64,000 nucleotides of DNA from contig JASCQW010000032.1 in NCBI GenBank assembly GCA_030264375.1, forward strand, positions 7,244,831-7,308,830, given 5' to 3'. Source of the DNA: Carcharhinus longimanus. Taxonomy: Eukaryota. This document shows positions 46,540-60,500 of this stretch, piece by piece. A model generated the notes under the pieces. That model was not told the DNA's origin and searched no databases. It saw only the letters and a program-made list of their open reading frames with translations. The translations under genes were made by a program, and so were the position numbers. Each line of letters starts with the position of its first letter. Position 1 is the stretch's first letter.

Positions 46540-49430
46540 ATGCATGCAGCATTTGTAACAAAATAGATTAATTGACAGTGCAGATTTTAATAAATATGCA
46601 TGACCTGATAGCCATTGCAGAGACATGGCTGCAAGATGACAGAGTGGTATGTGAATATTCAAGGGAACATGACATTTAGGAAGGACAGGAAGCTAGGAAA
46701 AGATGGAGGTGTAGTTCTGTTAATTTAGGATGATATTAGTACAGTACAGAGAGAGATTATCTTAGTTCTGGAAATCAAGGTGTAGAATCAGTTTAGGTAG
46801 AAATTAAAAATAACAAAGAAATCACTTATCATCCAGACTCAATGTTAGTTATGTTCTCTCTCCACAGATGCTGTCAGACCTGCTGAAATTCTCCAGCATT
46901 TTCTGGTTTTGTTTCACATTCCAGCATTGGCAGTAATTTGCTTTTACCTGGATGATTAATTCATAAAGAGTGTTGCAGGACAGTTTGAGAGCAACATGAT
47001 TTAGAACAGGTTATACCAGGTCTGGTAATGTGTAATGAGACAGAATTAATTAATGATCTTATTGCGGAGGTTCCCCTAGGTAGCAGTGATCAGAAAATGA
47101 TTTAATTTCCCATTCAGTTTGAGGGAGAGAAGAGCTTAAATAGGGTAATTATGAGGGTATGAAGACAGAACTGGCTACAAGGAACTGTGAATTTAGCTTC
47201 AGGGATAAGTCAGAAGAGATGCAGTAGTAGACATTTAAGGAGATATTTTGGAATAGTCAGAAAATATACATTCCAGTGAGAAGGAAAGGCTCTAAGGGAA
47301 GAACGTACCATCCATGGCTAGTTAAGAAAGTTTATGGAAGTAACAAATTGAAAGAAAAATCATACAGTTCCACAGAGAGGAGTGGCAGGTCAAAAGATTT
47401 GACAGACTATAAAGAACCATAAAGAATGACTAAAAGATTAATGAGGAAGGAGAAATGAGAATACCAGAAAAAACTAGCTCAGAGTATAAAAACGGGGAGT
47501 AAGATTGCCTATTGGAATTTAAAAAGGGAAAGAGTAAGTAAAGTAAGCTATGGCCCTGACTCAAGTGAGAGTCTAAGAATTGATAATGGAAATGAGGAAA
47601 TGGGCGATGAATTGAACATATGTTTTGTGTCTGTCTTCACTGTAGAGGATACAAATTACATCCCAGAAATAAGTATGAATCATGAGGTGAAAGTGAAGGG
47701 GGAGCGTAAAACAATTAGAATCACCAGGGAAAGAGACCTGAGAAAATTCTGAGAACCATTGGTTAAAAGTCCACAAATCATAGAATAACACCGAAAATTC
47801 ACCATGGCTAATCCATCTAACCTACACATCTTGGGACACTGAGGGGCAATTTAGCGTGGCCAATCTGCCTAACTTGCATATCTTTGGACTGTGTGAGGAT
47901 ACCGGGAATACCTGAGGAAAGCCAAATAGCCACGGAGAGAACATAACTCCACACACACGTGAGTCCCTGGCACTGTGAGGCAGCAGTGCTAACCACTGTG
48001 CTGCCCTGACTTCATCCTTGGATCTTAAAGAAAGTGTCTGCTGAAGTAGGAGATGCATTAGTTTTAATTTTCCAAAATTTCAGAGTCTCTGGTAAAGCCT
48101 CAACAGATTTGAAAATGACAAATATAACTACGCTATTCAAGGAAGGAGGGATTCAGAAAGCAGGAAACTATAGGCCAGTCAACTTAACATCTGTCAGAGG
48201 GAAAAGTACTGGAATCTATTGTTAAGGATGTTATAGCTATATAGAAATCTCCATGCTTCAGGCAGAATCAACGTGGTTTTGTGAAATGGAAGTCATCTTT
48301 GAGTAAATTATTGGAATCCTTTGAGGAAATAACAAGCAATGTGGACAAAGGGGAACCCATCGATGTGCTATACTTAGACTTCAAGAAGGAATTTGGCAAG
48401 CTTGCATCAAATGTTACTATGCAAAATAACAGTTCATGGTATAGGGGTAACATATTAGCATGGATAGAGGATTGATTAACTAACAAAAAAAGAGATAGGT
48501 ATATATGGGTCACTTTTGGGTTATAAGATGTGACAAATGCCACAGGGATCAGTGCCGAGGTGTCAACTATTTACAATTTATATCAATGACTTGGGTGAAT
48601 ATATAGTTGCAAAATTTGCTGATGACACAAAGGTAAGTAGGAAAAGAATATAGATAGGTTAAACGATTGGACAAAACATTGGCGGGGGAGAATAATATTG
48701 GAAAGCAAGTCTATTTTGGCAGGATGTATAGGCAGCTTGTTATTTAAATGGAGAGAGATTGCAGAACTCTGAGATGCAGAGAGACCTGGATCTCCTGGTA
48801 CACACATCACAGAAAGTTAGTATGTAGGTACAACAGATGATTAGGAAGGCAAATTGAATATTGTAGTTTAATGCAAGTTGATGAAACCGCATGCAGAGTA
48901 TTGTGTTCAGTTTTGACCTCCTTATTTAAGAAAGCAATTAAATGCGTTAGAAGTCATTCAGAGAGCATTCACTTGACTGATACCTGGGATACGGATTTAT
49001 CTTATGGGCTGTATTCATAGGAGTTTGGAAGAATGAGAGATGATCTTATTGAACGTATAAAATTCTGAGGGGACTTGACAGGGTGGACACTGAAAGGGTA
49101 TTTCTCCTTGTGAGAGAGACTAGAACTTGGGCACACAATTTAAAAATAAGGGGTCTCACATTTAAGATGGAAATGAGGAGAATTTGTTTCTCTTGATCAT
49201 GAATCTTTGAAAAATTCCCCAGAGAGCAATGGAAGCAGGAGCATTGAATATTTTTAAGGCAGAGTTAAGGTTTAAGTTAGATTCTTAACTAAAAAGGGAA
49301 TCAGAAGTTATCAGGGGTAGGCAGGAATGTAGAATTGAGGCCACAATCAGATCAGCCGTGAATGGTCTTACTGAATGGCAGTGCAGGCTCAAGGACCGAG
49401 TCGGCTCTTTCTGTTCTTAATTCATATGAT
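46540..49430 (+). mobile_element. Near full-length degraded CR1 ORF2 (APE endonuclease + RT) with nested Penelope fragment and SINE
   Basis: DLIAIAETWL (endonuclease), LGSSD, GNYRPVNLTS, DVLYLDFKK, AKFADDTK, then the 3' tail; many stops. Confidence 0.9.
47776..48006 (-). mobile_element. HE1/V-SINE-like SINE nested in CR1
   Basis: gtgaggcagcagtgctaaccactgtgctgccc head; ggggcaatttagcgtggccaatc core. Confidence 0.85.
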
Positions 49431-49659
49431 TCATTAACGCAGGCCTTGTGGTTTTTGTTCAAAAAGACAAGACATGTTGCTGATCCCTGTGCTCTGCAAT
49501 ACGATTGCTAAGATCAGTTAAGATTCGTACACAAGCTCCTGTATTGGGGCTTCAGGAGACAGAATATGAGTGCGGTGCAGAGTGGGGCATCTTCTGCTGC
49601 CCATCTGATCAGGACAGAGGCTCATCAGTGCTTCTAACATGAATTTATTTGCCCTGTGA

Positions 49660-49866
<207 letters not shown>

Positions 49867-50389
49867 TAGAGAATAGCATAGTGGGCTGGACGCTGGAGAA
49901 AGTTCAATTCCAGCCTCGTATCATTCCATCAACTGTTTACTCTGTCCTGGAAGATTCAAAATTCCTCCGGGCACTCTCAGTCCAGTCACTGGTTTTGACC
50001 TGGGCAGCGTTGGTGTAAGATTGGCCGAAACTAGGGAAGGAAAAATCAACTGAGGTTTCCACTCCTAATTGTCACACAGTGACTCCTCCTGGGAAGTAGA
50101 TATGTGTGTCAGATGAGGATATTATCAAACATGGTAATGATAGTCTTCTCCTGAATGGTCAAGTCACATTCGCTGTCCAAGCATGGAACTCAATGCATGG
50201 ACTGGCAGAACTCTCCCCTTCCCCTCCCCCCATTGTTTTATTACAAGTTGATGAAGAATGAATCAAAAGCTAGTCTTTACTTGAAATTGATTGACGGAGT
50301 GGAAATATTGCAGGTATTAGTCTTCTGACTTCACTCTATTCCACTCTTATGACCGTATCTCTTTATATGCCCTTTTTATAATCAATAAG

Positions 50390-51330
50390 CTAATTAACAA
50401 ATAAACTAATTAATTGAAATCCCCTTAAAGGGCCATTGTGATGAAAAATTTAACTTAATAGGTTAAATTAAAATGTTTTTTGCAGGACTGATGGTACTCC
50501 ATGCCTGCAGTGATCAGTAGTGGCCTCTAGTGTACTGGTGGATACTTCGTACTCCCTCTCCAGGGACACTTGGACACTAATGTAGCCATGGAAGAGGAGA
50601 GACTGTCGGGCCAAATAATCCCCTCAATTGCCCGCTGCCTTTTCCTGTGAATGGCCACTTGAAGAGGCCAGCAGCAGCCTCACCAAAATGTCCTCCACAC
50701 AAGGTAGCATAGATTCTCAAATAACCAAACAGTGGCTGCAACCTCACATAATCTGTGTAGACGTGGAACATAGACTTCCTGAGGGTGCAGATAATACAGG
50801 TGACCTGTGAGTCTGCGAATCATATTAATCGGCTGTTGTACTGCATGCAACACCCTCCACACTAAGTCCCCAGTGGTAATGGGGAGCATTCCCATGTGGA
50901 GAGCCCTCAGCTGGAGACTCTGCTACCTCCGGATGGCAGGACAGAACGCCACACGCAGTGTATCTAGGCAGTTGACAAGGATTGGAGGGTGGGCATCAGC
51001 AGCCCACACAGGAAACTCTTTTGTACAGAATCGAAAGGTACGGAGGGCTCAAATTGTGAGATTGAACTTTCCAAGGGAAGTTTCAGGACATGGACCAATG
51101 TGAAATTCTGTTCAAACAGAGGTTGGTCCAGACAGGAGTCCACCACTTGCTTGAACCAATGAAAAAGCAAACAGGCCTGACACCAGGGTTTTAAGGCTGT
51201 GGATGGCTTTGCATGCTCCCAACAGAAGACACAAACATGAGCTTCGCCCTTGTCCCAAAATGGGACGCCACTTATCCGTCCACTGACTGAAGTGCCTCAA
51301 ATGCAAATTAACTGATTGGTAATGCATACT
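50390..51330 (-). mobile_element. Tx1-clade L1 LINE remnant (zf-RVT C-terminus), probably internally deleted
   Basis: GDLVWRVLHAV and FHVYTDYVRLQPLFGYL resemble the Tx1 ORF2 C-terminal zinc-finger region; AT-rich tail near 50390-50480; the 50900-51330 part is less certain. Confidence 0.65.
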
Positions 51331-51744
51331 TCCACAAAAACGTAAAACTTAAACCAGTGCCATAGACAGCTCAATCACACCACAATTTTTAAATTCCACT
51401 AGCTGCAATTTCACATTAGATTTGAACCCATGTCCTTGAGCATTAGCTCAGGACTCTGTCTCATTATATTACCATTACATCACCCTCTCTGGGTTAACTA
51501 ACTATCCAATCATTGTCCTTCCCTGTATGTACCTAACATCAGTAGATTCATTAACACCCATAACCACCTGCCCATCTCCAGGAAAAGTCATCACCTTCAA
51601 GCAAGAAAGAAGTCTCACAACACCAGGTTAAAGTCCAACATGTTTGTTTGGAATCACATTCAGGCAAGAATGGGGGAAGGAAAGTTTTTTTTAAAAAAAT
51701 GTATTGGACCTGGAAAATGAGAAAATTGTTGCTGTGCTCCATAG

Positions 51745-51929
51745 GCTGTCCGGTCGCTAAAGGAAACAATGGATGACTGCTGGGACCAGGATGCAGAGGC
51801 TCGGCTCACAGCTCAGTGTGCAGAAGAGAGGATGGCAGAGCTCATGGTTATGTGGGATAGAAACAAGTCTGTGAGTCCCACAGTCAATCCCATGTCACAA
51901 TTTAGTACAACGGCCATGCAGAATGAACG
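51745..51929 (+). CDS. BMPR2: BMPR2 exon 11 (end of kinase domain)
   Basis: ccatag|GCTGTC...TGAACG|gtaggt; 185 nt; [61 protein letters not shown](R). Not in the ORF track. Confidence 0.96.
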
Positions 51930-52349
51930 GTAGGTAGCCAAACAGCAAAGAAGTGCATATCGACCTGAATTTCCTTGAGTCCATTTTGGCTGTTGCTTCA
52001 GACCCAAGCACAGTATTTATACCTCCATTTTTCTTCTCTTGTTCCGCTGATCAGACCCTTCTTTTCTTTCTCCTCCCTTTATTTGCCATACTTTTTTTTA
52101 TTCCTCCCCCATGGGTGCTCTGCCCCTCTCCACTACAGTCACTACCCAACCCATCTGCTTTCTTACTTCCCTCCACTGTTCCATGCTTGAATCCCACTTG
52201 GATATGCTCACAGCATAAGAACTTTTGCCCACGTTGGTTTTCCCCGAAAAGCCTCTTGAGGTTCCTACATCCTTAAAAGCAGCAGCCCCAGTTTACCTAT
52301 TTCCCCCCCTCTTAATCATTTTCCCCCTTTCTCCTGTCACCAACTTTAA

Positions 52350-53720
52350 CCAGTACAAGGAGTTCATGGATGTCTTTATCACCATGATTGAGACAACTCA
52401 TTCAACTGCTTCTGCTGCCTCTTGTACGCCACGCTAAGCCAAGCCTCCTCCAAAACCCATGCCCTAACCCTCAGTCTGCGTCGTTCTTTATTATCATACC
52501 TTATGCCCTTTTTAAATGAGACCCATCAGCTGCTTCCTTGACCTCATGCTAAAGAGCTGGTTACTCAGTTTCCCTTCCTAGCCACGAAACTAGCTGAAAT
52601 TGTAAATAGTTTCCACTCTTCAGATACTGTTCACCTTGCCTTCAAAGCCATCATTATTCCTTCCTTAGGTTGCCCATCTCTAACTCCTCTTTCCTCTCCA
52701 AGTTGAAAGTGCTATCACTTCCATATTCCTGTTATTTTCCCTGTGATCTCAAATCTGAGCCTTTCCAGTTTGGCTTCCAGCTCTGCCACAGGACTGAAAT
52801 AATTCCAGTAACGATCACAAATAATGTCCTCTGGCCATGACCTTGGTGTACTTTTCCTCTTTGACCTATTTCAGCCTTTGACAAGGTCAGCCCCCTCCAT
52901 CAGTACTTTTCCTTGATTGTCAGCACATTGGGATTGTTCTCTCTTGATTTAAATCTTACCTTTCTAATAACTACCAGAGTATCTCCAGCTATGGCTTCTT
53001 TTCCCACTCCTTGCACCATTACCTCTAGAGTCTCCCAGGGTCCTGGCCTTGCCAGGTCTTAATCCTTAAGTACATGCAAACTCTTGGCGATACCATCTCT
53101 GAGAGTTGAGGTCAGCTCTTGCATGCTAACAGTATACAGTTCTACATTACCACCGCCTCTCTTGACCCCTCCATTATCTCTTTGCTGTCAGATTGTTAAC
53201 CTAATATTCAATCTTGGAGCAGCACAATTTCTACAATTAAGCATTTGTATGATCAAAGCCTTTGAAAGGGATTTTATGGCCTTGCTTGTCCCAAAATTGC
53301 AAGATTTCGCCCGAGGTCAACGGACCTTCCCTCGCCCACCCCAATTCCCGTGGTGGTTCTGGTGTGGGGGAACAATAGGCAGGATTCCAGCCATTGTCTT
53401 CATTTCCCACCACAAACTCTGTTCCCCAACCATCAATATCATCCTCCGCCGCCACCTCCCACTCACTGTCTGTGGCTGAACCAGATTGTTTGTAATCTCA
53501 GCATCCCATTTGATTCTGAGGTGAGAATTTCACCATGTACGTTTCCCAGGATGAAATCTGTCTCCTTCTACCTCCCTAATATTGCCCACCTTTAGACATA
53601 TCTAAACTCATCTACAGTTAAAGCTCTCATTCATGCTTTTTCTATCTCAGACTGAATATTCTAATGCTACCCTCTCTGGTCTCCCTGAACCCCTTAATTC
53701 CTCCTCTAGCCCCTACACTC
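52350..53720 (+). mobile_element. Degraded L2 LINE RT fragment
   Basis: ccagtttggcttcc..ccacaggactgaa (QSGFR..HSTE-like), gacctatttcagcctttgac (DLSAAFD-like), ggagtc.cccagggtcc-like; collinear with 31400-33490. Confidence 0.7.
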
Positions 53721-53777
53721 CCATTATTCTGCTTCACAGCATTATGTAACTTGATGTTTGGGCTTGTCTTATTTCAG

Positions 53778-55057
53778 GAACCTTTCACATAATCGCCGAG
53801 TGCCAAAGATGGGTCCCTACCCGGATTATTCGTCATCCTCATACATCGAAGACTCCCTTCACCATTCCGAAGGGATGGTGAAAAACATCTCCACAGACAA
53901 CTCCACATCTGGTACCCCGTCAACTACCAGTGAGAAGAATCGCAATTCTATCAACTATGAAAGACAGCAGGCGCAGGCTCGCATCCCCAGCCCAGAAACT
54001 AGTGTTACCAGCTTGTCTGCAACAACCACCACCACAGCAGGCCTTACCCCCAGCACCGCCATGTCCACCATATCAGAAACACAATACTCTGATGACACTA
54101 ACACACAGGCAGGCAATTTGCTGCCATCCTTGGGCCCCACCCCAGTGTGTCTGCAGTTGACTGAAGAAGATCTGGAGACCAACAAGCTAGACCCTAAAGA
54201 GGTGGACAAGAACCTCAAGGAGAGCTCAGATGAAAACCTGATGGAGCACTCCCTCAAGCAGTTCAGTGGGCCTGATCCTCTCAGTGGAAGCAACCCCAGT
54301 TTGCTGTACCCGCTCATTAAGCTAGCAGCTGAAGTAACTGGGCACCAAGATTTCTCCCAGCCAAGCACCAGTCAGGCATGCCTGATCCCTGACATCCCAG
54401 CCACTCAGATGTACCCTCTCCCCAAGCAACAGAACATCCCAAAACGACCCACCAGCCTCCCACTGAACACTAAAAATGTGGCTAAGGAATCACGGCTGAA
54501 GTTCAGCAGCAAGCACAAGTCAAATCTTAAGCAAGTGGAGACAGGAGTGGCGAAAATGAACACTATAAATGCAGGTGAGCCCCAAGTGGTAACAGTCACA
54601 GCAAATGGCATTGCTGGAAGGTGCCATACAGGAAACTCACATCCAGTGGTTAAGCAGTATGCTAATGGTTCGGTATCTGGTCCTCAGACATCCAACTCTT
54701 CAAGCCACCGGGGCCATGAGACCCTCCAGTCCCAGTTTAGTGGGGATGACAGCAGAGTGAACATAAACCCCAGCCCAGATGAGCACGAGCCACTCCTGAG
54801 GAGGGAGCAACAGGCCACGCGTGATGACATTATTACCGAACGGCTAATGGACAGGAGAGACCGGCCACTCGATCAGGGGCGGACAAACTCCAACAACAAC
54901 AACAACAGCAACCAGTGCAGTGTGGCAGATGGCACACTGGCCAGTGACCAGGATCACACAATAGCACCAGTAGCACGACGGCAGGGGAGGAGAGCTGAGC
55001 GGCCAAACTCACTCGATCTTTCATCAGCCAACATTTTGGACAGCTATAGTATGCAGT
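53778..55057 (+). CDS. BMPR2: BMPR2 exon 12 (long cytoplasmic tail)
   Basis: tttcag|GAACC...GCAGT|gtaagt; 1280 nt, inside ORF 53758-55065; [84 protein letters not shown]. Confidence 0.97.
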
Positions 55058-57269
55058 GTAAGTAAGAGGGGCTGCTTAAAATGTTACTGATATCGGTTAT
55101 TTAGGGTAACTCTCCCTTCATTGTCCAATGAGTAAAATGAGGTATTGTTGTTCCATGCAGACTTAAACTGTCATCGTATACTAAAGCGAAAAAAGGGGAA
55201 AAAAAGACATAAATAATGAACTACTGTACTAATGTGCAAGTTTCGTGACGCCTGGCCACCTACCATTTTGCAACACTGAGATAAATAGATTAGCTGGACA
55301 TCATAATCCAAATATATATTGTGTTGTAATATTTCAGCAAAGAAAGCCGTCAGTTAACATGGTATGTTTCATACTTTTTAACTTCTTCGATATCTTAGAT
55401 GACCTACTTGCTTTCTTTGAATCTCCTTCAAGTTGGCTGAGATCTGAGTTACATCAAAACAACATTAAATTTAAGTTATTAAAAGTGTTTGCTATTCTCG
55501 ATCGCAACACATATCTTGTTCAGTTTTATTTGTTTAATTGCGTATCACTAATATTAAGTATCAATTGCCTGATTATAACTATCATGTGTCCCATACTAAC
55601 AATATTTACATAACATTTTTAAGACATGGGATCGGACCATGCCATGATATGCAGAAGGATTCAGTTTCTGTCGTTGTGACTGAGGCGATGTTGTGGGTAA
55701 AACATGCTCCTTCCATCGGTACGAAACAGGTGCGGTGAGATCGTCTCATTTAGCTGATTTTTCAATTTCTAACTCCATTACCATGGGCATCAATTTTCAC
55801 AAATATTTCCTTCATTTCCTGGAGCCACAAGTTAGCATTTTGGTCCAACCGTCAGAATATTATTATGTTAATCCAAATAGTTTTTTTTCTAATTGCTGTC
55901 CGTCATATGCAATATGTAATATGTAGATGATCATCAAAACAACGAATTGAAAGTCATTATTTATTGTGGGGAATAGCACAAGCCGCAAATGAACTTATGC
56001 TGAAGTCACCTATGCTGAAAAGATACGACTAATGGATAACTTATATAGACATTACTTCTCATTTTACCTTTGGCCATAACGTATAGCATGCGTTTCCTTT
56101 CATAATTATCACTTGCCACTTATTTGGCGATTTTCTACATCATATTGTGATTCAAAATATCTCCAGGATTGATGTCATTCACAGATTATTGAATTCTTCT
56201 CTATCGTTCAACAACCTAGTGATGGAGACGTCATTGTCTGAAGGTAGAGAATATTCCTTAATCATTAAAGTGTAACAACCAGTTTATATGAATGACTTTT
56301 CCCCATTGAGAGACGTTTCTCTACATTGATGGGATGTAGGCGTTGCTGTCGACAAAAACATTTATTGCCCATCCCTTGTCGCGTTTGTGGAAGTGCCTCG
56401 GAATTTTCTTCGAAAGCTACTGCATTTCTATTTTACAGATGCACCAACAGTCTTACTTGAGGGGAACCTGCGGAATTTGCCATCTGATGTTGAATAGTCG
56501 ACACATTGCCAGACAAGAACGTTGAGTGGCATAAGTCTTCCAAGTGGCGGTGTTTCCATCTACACTTCTCGCTTTCAAAATAATAGTGTTTTTTTTTATT
56601 TGAAAGCTGCTTCATGAGGGAAATAGGATTTTCTCCTGCATTGCTTATGGCGGATGTTCACAAAGCAACCAGTGAGTAGCATCTCGACTTAATTAGATGC
56701 AATAATGCGTCAATTTCGTGGCATTATTATTTTTTTATTATTGTCTTATACTTCTTTGCTATTGCAGGATTAGTCTATTTTCAGAGTCCTGCGGGATATT
56801 CCATCAGTCCCCTGATTTTGTCCTGTCACTGCATGACAAGATTTGGTGATACAGGAGTTAACTGTTCCCCAAAGAATAAAGATATTCTGAATTGCTGTCG
56901 ACCTGACCTCACTGATAACCCTAAACCTCCTCCCGCCACCATGTATTCCAGCACACAAACACACACACACACACATACACACACACACGCGCGCACACAC
57001 ACACACATTAATGCGTGCCAGTGTGATTCTCTGCATGCATGTCATAACTGCTCTTGTTTTGCCTGGAGCGAATGTTACTTCCTACTTGCCGATCTAAGAT
57101 TGGTTATGCTCCAGAAATTGCTGACTTCAGAAATGCGCTGCCTCATGTAATTATGACGTTACAATTAACATCTTCAAGACTATTATCACAATTGTTACCC
57201 GTTTGTCTAAGCTTGCAGTGGCGTCGAATCTGGAAGAATGTAGTTTTCTCAACCAGCAATGAAAGAGAG

Positions 57270-57560
57270 TTGATTTGATCTGATGTGTTTTGATTTGATA
57301 TTGTCATCTGTAGTGGTGTACATTGCAAAGCACTGTTTCATGCTCGTGTACAGACAATTCAGACCCGACATACAGAAGGAAGGGAAAGACTGCAGAATGT
57401 GTTGTTGCAGTTATAGAAGGGGAATAGAAATAATCAACTTAATGTGATTCAAGTCCATTCAGAAGATTGATGACAACACATATGAGGCTCTTTTTTGAGT
57501 CGGTTGGTACTTGTCCTCGGATCTTTGTGTTTTTCTTCGCCAGAAACGAAATGGAAGAAT
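57270..57560 (-). mobile_element. Highly diverged Rex1/Babar 3' end
   Basis: Aligns by eye, as reverse complement, to 32750-33010 (tcttttttgagtcggttggtac, gtccattcagaag, tgcagaatgtgttgttgcagttatag). Confidence 0.7.
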
Positions 57561-60500
57561 ATGCCGGTGTACATGGATCCTTAATTAATTACTTCTGTTT
57601 GTGTTCTCTCAAAAGCTAAACGATACCAATAGCTTGATGGTTCAGGATAGGAATTGACTATCAGATAACGTATTAAGTTGATAGACAATGGTCCTGTAAA
57701 ATATAATCTTATGATTGGAAATGTTGTTCATCTTTGGAACATCTTACTCCACAATCATGATGGTTTCCTCATCAGGTCGCAAAATCAATCTTTTTTTTGA
57801 CGTCCAGTTAACTACAAAAATTCTCGACGGCAATACGCTCACTGATATGTGTTACCACCACGCCTTTTACCCCTTGATTCTGATTCTTTTCCATTCAAAT
57901 TTTCTCCATTGGGTAAGCAGCCATTCCAATTGAGCAACGATGCTTTATTGCATTTACCTTATATCTGCATGAATATGTCGTTTTGCTTTTACTTACGCTG
58001 TTTCCAAATCAAATTCCTTGCATTTAGATGTGGTATTGTAGCACTGTCGTATTTAATCGTTTCCTTATTCAACCTGATTCTGCCTGCTTTTCTGCCGTAC
58101 CATCCAACAGTAAGACATAACATCGTTTGTTCTCTATGCATATACATATTTGTAATGTTTTCCAAGCAACATTTATTTTCGTAATTAGGTCCAAGCACAA
58201 ATGTGGACTTCAACGTGAGTACCCACAACACAATCCTTCTACGGTGCAAAACGTCAATAGTCCGTATCTAAACATAATTGACCACTGGCCAGATCCCTCG
58301 ATCTTCAGCATTTCTCGAAGCAGATATTTATTTTTTCTGATCTTTCATTTAGTTTACACCTGGCAATGTTTCAGGGTCGCCTGAGGCTGTTTGCCATCCG
58401 CAGATTACTTCTGGGGAGTCCATACTTTCTAGCTTACTCCCTAGCTAATGAACATTTCAACCAAATGCATTAACATTCCTGGTTTCTACATCGATTGTAT
58501 ACTCTCAATCTTTATCACTGGAAGCAAAGAAATGTTCTATTTTAGCTTGGGATACTTAGATGCAACACAACACTCAGCAGTCTACGTCATGGTTTCAAGC
58601 AGAAAGCACAAATGCATAGTCAAATCCAATCTTTGCATTCATTTGGTGTTATCAACTGCATTTTGAATTCCAGGATCTGAACGTAAACTGATTATGCCCG
58701 GGGGTCTCCATGCAAAGCCCTAAACATTTCAGCAGGGAGGAGGAGCCCTCGTGCAGCAACACTTGCTTATGAGTTCAATAACGAGAGTGTTGTGTGACAA
58801 ACGCAGCTCCACGTCTCATTTTTAAAAGTAATGTTTCAGGAGTTGAATATTCAACTGTATTCTTTCACGATGTTATTGCTTCATATTATGTCAATTGAAC
58901 AAATCCGCTGTTAAATACTCTGCTAATTTGATTGTTTTGAGCTACCTGCATCGTTGATAACCATTTCAGTTTCTGTTAATGAATACAATAAAATAATGAT
59001 TATTAACTAAACAAACACATTTCAATACTTCCTTTTGAATCTTGCTGGAAAAGTGGTGTTTATATATGGAATTAAAATATACATCGCACTCACTAAATGT
59101 ATGATTAAAGATGAATATTGTTTTAAAATCTTTAATTAGTGAGAATGCAATCTTTAAGTAATTGGATGTCTGCACGACTTGATTTTAATATTTGAATATT
59201 CAATTCATGCGCAGACAATATTTTAGAATAGGTAAACTTCGCGATTTCTCATCTGTCAGCAGCATGTATTATTCGGTCTCTACTGCTCAAGACGAAATTT
59301 TCACTTAAGTGTGGGACTTTAACAGGCGTTTCCCGAAGTAAATAGAATTACTGGAAGATTGAGATAGAACACAGTTTGTGAATGCACATCTGACAGAGAT
59401 GATATCCTTCATCCAGGAAGACACAGCAACATTCAGGAAAATGTCGATGGACGACCTCTGCTTTCGTGGACTCTCTGGCATTATCTCTGAACCTAAAGCC
59501 AAGAATGGCAACTTGTGAACGCTACATGCAATGTAACTCGATAATTACTTGCATATATGCTAATACCCAAATTAACGTTGTGAANNNNNNNNNNNNNNNN
59601 NNNNNNNNNNNNNNNNNNNNNNNNNNNNNNNNNNNNNNNNNNNNNNNNNNNNNNNNNNNNNNNNNNNNNNNNNNNNNNNNNNNNGACATCAGTTCAGCTT
59701 TCCACATCATTCTTATACCCCTAATCCTCACTCCCTGCCCACCTTCCAGAATCCTCTTAATCTCCATGCCTTTTCATATTCCCCAAGGTCCCTCCATGAT
59801 GTTATGTACCCTCTGTAGCTACTGGATTAGTATCCAGCTTGTAGAATCCTCAGGAGCTTTGTAAACTCACCTAAACCCTCAAAAATACTGGGCATGGCAA
59901 ATACAAATGTCCCCTAGGGTTGTCAGTACAACCCCAACATCATAAGATGTACATGTGGGGTCGTGACCTGACCCTAATTGAACCTCATTCCAAAAATGGG
60001 AAGATTGCATGGGCCCATTTTTATACAGGAGATTTAAGTTTGCCACAAGAAAACAATTTTTTCCTGATCCCAGGAGGACACAAAATTCTGGCCTCAAACG
60101 TGCACAAAGTGACTTCTAGAGTTTAAACAGCTAAATCCAGGCAATGTACCAGTCTGATTTCTGCTGCATGTCCAGCTGCAATTACTTTACCTGCTGGAAC
60201 ATGGGCTTACAGGTTGTTCTGAAGCCAAGTGGACCGAATACTGACCCCCTTTAGCTTCCATTAATGAGCTAGCTTGACAGGTCAATTGCCAGTATCCTGC
60301 TATGCCATGAACGTGGCTTTGAGCTTCTGTTATCAGGCATGCCATCTTTGTGCCACTTCGATGTCTGCTTACTTCTTTTCTCACCCCTTGTCCAAGGGTA
60401 ATAATCATATGGCCAATCACATGTCCCTTGTAGTCTATTTCATCCCCTACTCCCCACATTGCATAAGTCATTAGTCACTGAGCAAAAGGCTGAGATAAAA

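Noticed and set aside
53955-54611. Antisense ORFs within exon 12
   Set aside because: These are shadow frames of a GC-richer coding exon with no independent evidence.
55058-55066. Second donor in gtaagtaag, 4 nt downstream of the exon 12 end
   Set aside because: It would shift the frame of exon 13; the first site gives the in-frame 1280-nt exon and a consensus GTAAGT.
55245-59511. Degenerate transposase or viral ORF as the cause of the CpG-rich intron-12 block
   Set aside because: The frames I translated showed no recognisable domain, and the block contains host retroelement relics; it is reported as a compositional anomaly instead.
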